A stretch of 62,854 nucleotides of DNA, filler included, from Folioceros fuciformis (Eukaryota): the NCBI GenBank assembly GCA_049999805.1. It is 3 parts of 2 records of this genome, joined end to end, with 100 filler letters (N's around TTAATTAATTAA, not from the genome) between each part and the next. Parts side by side here need not be neighbours in the genome. Positions count along the whole stretch, not along the records: positions 53,927 to 62,854 come from JBNGIO010006269.1; 2 more parts are not named here. One strand, 5' to 3'. This document shows, piece after piece, positions 57,697-62,854 of this stretch. The translations under genes were made by a program, and so were the position numbers. How positions within the stretch are numbered: position 1 is the first letter of the stretch; each line of letters begins with the position of its first letter. The notes beneath the pieces were generated by a model. The model worked only from the letters and a program-made list of their open reading frames with translations. It had not been told where the DNA came from and ran no database searches.

Positions 57697-60600
57697 TCAG
57701 AGACGTTGCATCTCCATTTCAGGGTAAGATGCACTGGAACTATACTTCCACGAGGAGGACTGGGAACTTGAAGTACCAACATCACACCAAGCATTCCATG
57801 GCTGACCCGTTCGCCGGGTATGCTCCGATTGACAGGAGCTCGAAGTGTCCGGGAACCAGTGAAGACAGAGGCCTTGCAACTCGTTCCGAACCTCTTTCAT
57901 TTCCGGACGATCTCGGGATCGGGGGGCCAAGCACCGCACAGCCAAGGCGGCCACACTGGCTATCGATGCCCTTCCATCCGCTGACCTATACGTGTCCGCC
58001 AACACGGGGTCGATGAGTTCTTGCCACTCCCCGCTGTCCACGGCAGACAGTGCCAGGCTCGCCAAGGTGGTCACTTCATGCCCTCTCCCGAAAACAATGG
58101 CAGGCTTTGAAGAGATTAGTTCCATCAGCACAACTCCGAAGCTGTACACATCGCTCCTGGGAGTCAGCTGCAACGTGGTGTAATACTCTGGATCAATGTA
58201 GCCCGCGGTGCCTTGAATTGCCACTGTGGAAACATGAGTAGCTGCCCTGCTGGGAGCCAGCTTGGAGATGCCGAAATCTGCCACCTTAGCATTGAAGCCG
58301 TCGTCGAGGAGAATGTTGCAAGACTTGATGTCGCGATGAATGATGGGATGGTCAGCAGCCGAATGAAGGTAGGCCAGAGCATCCGCAGTTTGTTGCGCTA
58401 TGAGAAGGCGTTGCCTCCACGTGAGGGGAGAGAATCCTTGTATGGTTCCTTGAAGGTGCTCCTTGAGTGTGCCGTTGGGCACAAACTCGAAGACGAGGAG
58501 AGGAATTTTGTTCTCCATGGAACAGCCCAGCAGCTTCACCAAGTGTCTGTGACTCACTCCCGACAGAATCCTGACCTCGTTCAGAAACTGGGACTTGTAC
58601 TGAGGGGAGCCTTCACGCTTGCCCTTCTTGATGGCCACCGGGGTGCCATCGGCCAGGTTGCCACCGTAGACTGTGCCGAAGCCGCCGGCCCCGATCTGGG
58701 CCGAGTCGGAGAAGTTGGAGGTAGCTTTGCGGAGTTCCCGAAGAGGCATCACCGTCACCGTTTCCCTGTCCAGCAAGGTGGCAATCAAGTCCGCATCTTG
58801 CCGGTGCTTTTTGGAATACTCTCTCCATCTCCACACGGAGAACAAACAACTGGCTGCGCAAACCAATAGGGCGGGAACAACCACTGCCACAAGCACCCAC
58901 GGTTTGACGCCAGCAGCAGCTTTCGTCCTGCAAGGTGGAAGAGGGTCGCCGCAGAGGCCCGGATTGTCGGCGAAGAAGCTGGCATGACTGAGTTGCGGGC
59001 TCAGGCCACCTGGAATGGGTCCTGACAGATTGTTGCTCGACAGATTGATGATCCTCAGGTTAGGCAATGCAAAGAAAAGCGTACCAGGAATTTCGCCAGA
59101 CAGGGAGTTGTGGCTGAGGTCCAAAACTTGGAGACCCAGAGGAAAGCTGTATGGGATGGGGCCGGACAGCTTGCTGTGAGATGCGTTGAAGTGCACCAGG
59201 CCGGGCATACCGGTGAAAAGCTCAGCCGGCATTGTTCCCTCCATGTTGGTGTAGCTCAGATCCAAGTCTTGGAGAGTGACGGGTAGCCGTGGAGGAATGG
59301 GGCCAGATAATCTGTTGTTGGACAAGTTGAGGAAGGTCAATCTGGGCATTGAAAGGTCGAACAGGTTGTCCGGCACTTTTCCGGTCAGGTTGCAAGATGC
59401 CAGATCCAAGATGTGCAAGGAGTCCAGACTGGTCCCGGTACAATTGAGGCCGTCCGGCAATGGTATGCCCATGAGATCGGAGCCCGCCAGCCGAAATTCG
59501 AGCAGAGCGGATTGATTTTTGGAACATCTTCTCTCCAGCATACTCTGCAAGGGATTGGGAAACCTCTCGGAAGGTGTCATGGTGAAATTGTTGTGGCTCA
59601 CGTCCAAAACTTCCCCAAAGAACGGGTCGTCCATCCGGAGCAGGTTGGTGAGGTCTCCAGTGAATTGGTTGCCTTGCAGTCGGACGCTCGTGGCGTATCG
59701 AGCTGAATCCATGAGATGGTCAATCAAGTCACCAGACAAATGGTTGTTCTGAAGGCATAGATCTTTGAAGAAGAATTGGGCACCGGGTAAGGAGGAAGGA
59801 AAGGTACCATTGAGCAGATTGTCACTCAGATCCAGACTGTAGGATTTTAGGGTTTCATGATAAGAGACGTTGCTCGAGGGATTCTCGGGTATGCTACCCA
59901 CCAGAGAATTTCTGGAGAGATTCACCATCTTCCCCCCAGGTGCAGCAGTATATAACAAAGAGGCAGGAATACTGCCAGTTAGCTCATTTCCAGAGAGATC
60001 CAACCATCCGCTATCATGAATCCGAAAGTCCGCAGGGATGGGCCCCGACAAGTTGTTGTGGGACAAGTCCAGGTGCATCAGATTTGGCAACGCCGACAAG
60101 AGAGGGCCATGCAGATGGTTCCGTGACAGGTCCAACTCCTTAAGATTTGGAAAGTGGAGGCCTGAGAAATCCGGTACTTTTCCCCTGAGTTGGTTCCGGG
60201 AAAGGTTCACCCGCTGTAGAGTAGATGTAGAATTCATGAGGAAGAACGAGTCGGGGAAGTCTGTGAAATTGTTCAGGGCGGCATCCAGGGAGAGCAGAGC
60301 TGGGGCAGCGGGGACCTCCCCGCTAAGACTGTTGTTGGTGAGAGAGAAATGAGTCAGGCGTGTAAACCGTTCCAAATTGGGGACGCTTCCGTTCAACAGG
60401 TTGTGAGACAGATCAAGGCTCACGAGTTTGGTGAGATCCGTCATTCTGTGAGGAATGCCTCCTGACAGGCGATTGTCAGAAAGAGACAAAATAACAAGAT
60501 CCCGGGACCCTTGCAAGCTCACGAAGGAATGCGGGTCTCCCCCNNNNNNNNNNNNNNNNNNNNNNNNNNNNNNNNNNNNNNNNNNNNNNNNNNNNNNNNN

Positions 60601-60963
60601 NNNNNNNNNNNNNNNNNNNNNNNNNNNNNNNNNNNNNNNNNNNTGCACAGCAAAATCGGCATTGCAAGACACCCGAGGCCAACCACACGGCGTATCGTCC
60701 CCAGCACTCCAGCTTGCGACGTCCTCCTCGCACTTACCCAGGTCACGTGTGGTGTTCTTCGCAAATTGCAACAAGAGCTGTCCATCGCCGGAGAGCTCGG
60801 CACGGGCGTTGTATCCAAAACGGCATAACATCAAACTGCACATCAAGGGTGCGACGCATATCCACCAGCTGAGGCCTGCATGCCCTCCATCCCCGCCGGA
60901 ACTGCAATCGTCAAGCCGCCCTACGCTAACGTGCGCATGCGTTGATATTGCAATGCCTTTCAT
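57697..60963 (-). CDS. LRR receptor-like kinase with a WAK/WAKL-type RD kinase domain (one internal N gap)
   Basis: Signal peptide, LRRNT, ~20 LRRs, FADNPGLCGDPLPPC cap, TM (VLVAVVVPALLVCAASCLFSVW), kinase GAGGFGTVY, VAIKK, HRDIKSCNILLD, DFGISKL, GTAGYIDPEY, SDVYSFGVVL. Confidence 0.92.
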   Translation of the reverse strand: MKGIAISTHAHVSVGRLDDCSSGGDGGHAGLSWWICVAPLMCSLMLCRFGYNARAELSGDGQLLLQFAKNTTRDLGKCEEDVASWSAGDDTPCGWPRVSCNADFAVXXXXXXXXXXXXXXXXXXXXXXXXXXXXXXXXXXGGDPHSFVSLQGSRDLVILSLSDNRLSGGIPHRMTDLTKLVSLDLSHNLLNGSVPNLERFTRLTHFSLTNNSLSGEVPAAPALLSLDAALNNFTDFPDSFFLMNSTSTLQRVNLSRNQLRGKVPDFSGLHFPNLKELDLSRNHLHGPLLSALPNLMHLDLSHNNLSGPIPADFRIHDSGWLDLSGNELTGSIPASLLYTAAPGGKMVNLSRNSLVGSIPENPSSNVSYHETLKSYSLDLSDNLLNGTFPSSLPGAQFFFKDLCLQNNHLSGDLIDHLMDSARYATSVRLQGNQFTGDLTNLLRMDDPFFGEVLDVSHNNFTMTPSERFPNPLQSMLERRCSKNQSALLEFRLAGSDLMGIPLPDGLNCTGTSLDSLHILDLASCNLTGKVPDNLFDLSMPRLTFLNLSNNRLSGPIPPRLPVTLQDLDLSYTNMEGTMPAELFTGMPGLVHFNASHSKLSGPIPYSFPLGLQVLDLSHNSLSGEIPGTLFFALPNLRIINLSSNNLSGPIPGGLSPQLSHASFFADNPGLCGDPLPPCRTKAAAGVKPWVLVAVVVPALLVCAASCLFSVWRWREYSKKHRQDADLIATLLDRETVTVMPLRELRKATSNFSDSAQIGAGGFGTVYGGNLADGTPVAIKKGKREGSPQYKSQFLNEVRILSGVSHRHLVKLLGCSMENKIPLLVFEFVPNGTLKEHLQGTIQGFSPLTWRQRLLIAQQTADALAYLHSAADHPIIHRDIKSCNILLDDGFNAKVADFGISKLAPSRAATHVSTVAIQGTAGYIDPEYYTTLQLTPRSDVYSFGVVLMELISSKPAIVFGRGHEVTTLASLALSAVDSGEWQELIDPVLADTYRSADGRASIASVAALAVRCLAPRSRDRPEMKEVRNELQGLCLHWFPDTSSSCQSEHTRRTGQPWNAWCDVGTSSSQSSSWKYSSSASYPEMEMQRL

Positions 60964-62854
60964 CCCTACTTGAAAATCCACGCAACCAACTTCTTCTGTT
61001 GTGGCAAGCAGCTGCAATTAACCAAGGCTGATGGCACCCGACCCGGTGCCTCACGCACCTCATGCAATGAAAACTGAGGAGTAAAGATAATCTACAGACC
61101 TGCAGACTCGGGAAACCAGCCAGAGAAAGTGGACCTCCGGCCCGAATCTCAAGATCTTTGCAGTAGGTTCGACTTCAAACGAGGGCTTCCCAGAATTCGA
61201 AGACGGGGCTCTGCAGACCACTATCAATTGGTCTNNNNNNNNNNNNNNNNNNNNNNNNNNNNNNNNNNNNNNNNNNNNNNNNNNNNNNNNNNNNNNNNNN
61301 NNNNNNNNNNNNNNNNNNNNNNNNNNNNNNNNNNGCAGGCGAAGACTTGTGTCAAAGGCACGAGAAGACTTGTGTCAATTGTTCTTGTAGAAAACGCGGC
61401 CGGTATCCACTTTCCAACGACCACATGCTTCAAGTTGAGGCCCTGAGCTGGAAGCCACGAACGTCTTGTCTTGACGTCACGAGGAACTCATGAAGCTGGT
61501 GACAGGCAGACGCGGCATGGCCCATGCTGGCTTCTACGGACAGATGTACACAACCCTAGCCCTGGGCACCACAGCGAGCAGGGCGTCGAAGCTTCAAAGA
61601 GCCTTTCCCAAAATGGTAAACGCTGTACAGTGTTACTACTCGTCTCTCCTTCTCTTCTCCCGCTTCTCATCCTTGACAAGGCTGTGTGGTTCCTACGGCA
61701 AGTGCAGTATGGACTGTAATTGCACATCCAGAGATTTTCTGGTGACTGGACAACGATGTGTGCTCTGGGGTTGTTGGCAGGAGCTGGGCACATGCCAATG
61801 CCAGCTTTTCGATATATTCCAACTCGAGTCAGCAATGACAGCACATGCACATGCTCTCAGGCACCTGCTGTAACCCAATCTATGTGAAGCCAGGTGACCC
61901 AATCTACGGCATGCGCACAGACCACATCTGACCTGCTCAGGTGCCACAAGGAACGACAACTTGTCGCCAAATGAGGACATGTTGCTACGAAAAAAAACGC
62001 AGCTCCTTCATTAAAAACTGAGGAAAGACCAACTACGTATGCATGCACTCAACCTTGGCTCCAAAGCCTCCAAGGTGAAGAATCATGTTACGATTATTTG
62101 CTCCTGAACACGCAGCCAGGCCAGGCCCTCACTTTCGAAGTACAACCCGAGCCGAGAAAGTCGTGACGTCACTCGGAACGGAACTGATGAGAATAGTCCG
62201 ATCCCCGTCCGTATTTGATTCCTTCATCAGTATAGAAAGGGGCCTGACTCACTGGACACGGCATTTTCGTCTTCCAACCAACCGGAGCTGGACATGCGTC
62301 ACATCGCCATTGGAAGAGGTACCAGATGATGGTGGTGCGAATGCTCCGCTATGGACGTCGCTTGTGCTTGTCCTTGCGGGCGGGAAAAGACCCGGTTGTT
62401 GAACAGTTGCCACCGGCACCAGCTAGAGAGAAGAAAAAGGCTGTAAGGGAAGGAAAGAAGTTGCATTCCTCGCCGAAACTGTGATGAAGCTTGTGAGTTG
62501 TAGCCGTACCCGTGCCGGCCAAGTATGGATTCCTGTCTATGGCACGGTTGCCAGAGCACGCGGCTTCACCCTGTCACGATCGACGGTGAAGCGATCACGA
62601 TCTTTCCGCGGTGTGATTGGCAACTGTCGACAATGGAAACCGCTGAGAGATGAAGTTCAATTACGAGTTGTGTGTCAGGCGCCGCCTTCTGGTGGAAGGT
62701 CCGGAAAGCTGACCACTGATGAATCACACAACCACCATACACGAAGACACCGGTCAAGAGACACGCACGCTGAATGGCGTTTCACGACGCCATCCCACGG
62801 CGCCCACCCTGCGATGGAGGGAGTAGTAAAGGACAGTGGGGGCGAGTACAGGGT

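Noticed and set aside
61335-62854. Short ORFs of 60-127 aa at the end of the window
   Set aside because: No recognisable domain or consistent exon chain.

Overview
Gene-dense nuclear DNA from a land plant, with roughly balanced GC and short (~60-150 bp) introns. It is most likely a seed-free plant such as a hornwort; this is inferred from the intron sizes and from a DYW:KP-type PPR gene. Two artificial N44-TTAATTAATTAA-N44 linkers (23335-23434, 53827-53926) show the window is three joined scaffolds. Block 1 holds cytosolic PGI, a head-to-head SDR/FMO pair, a BTB-TAZ gene, a membrane coiled-coil gene, a rearranged Ty1/copia remnant and a PPR gene with a degenerate DYW:KP-like (U-to-C editing class) domain. 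Block 2 holds a partial PLS-PPR, a FURRY/MOR2-like gene, a GH9 endoglucanase, an HDHD3-like hydrolase, a TRF-like MYB, a candidate spliced non-coding transcript with a GTAC cluster, and an HMA5-like Cu-ATPase. Block 3 holds two tandem LRR receptor genes with no introns in the sequenced parts. The complete one joins a long LRR ectodomain to what reads as a WAK/WAKL-type kinase. Between them lie a 326-bp repeat array and a hairpin capped with telomere repeats. The best leads are the LRR-WAK-kinase receptor pair and the decaying DYW:KP editing factor. Gene spans include introns and were assembled by eye.
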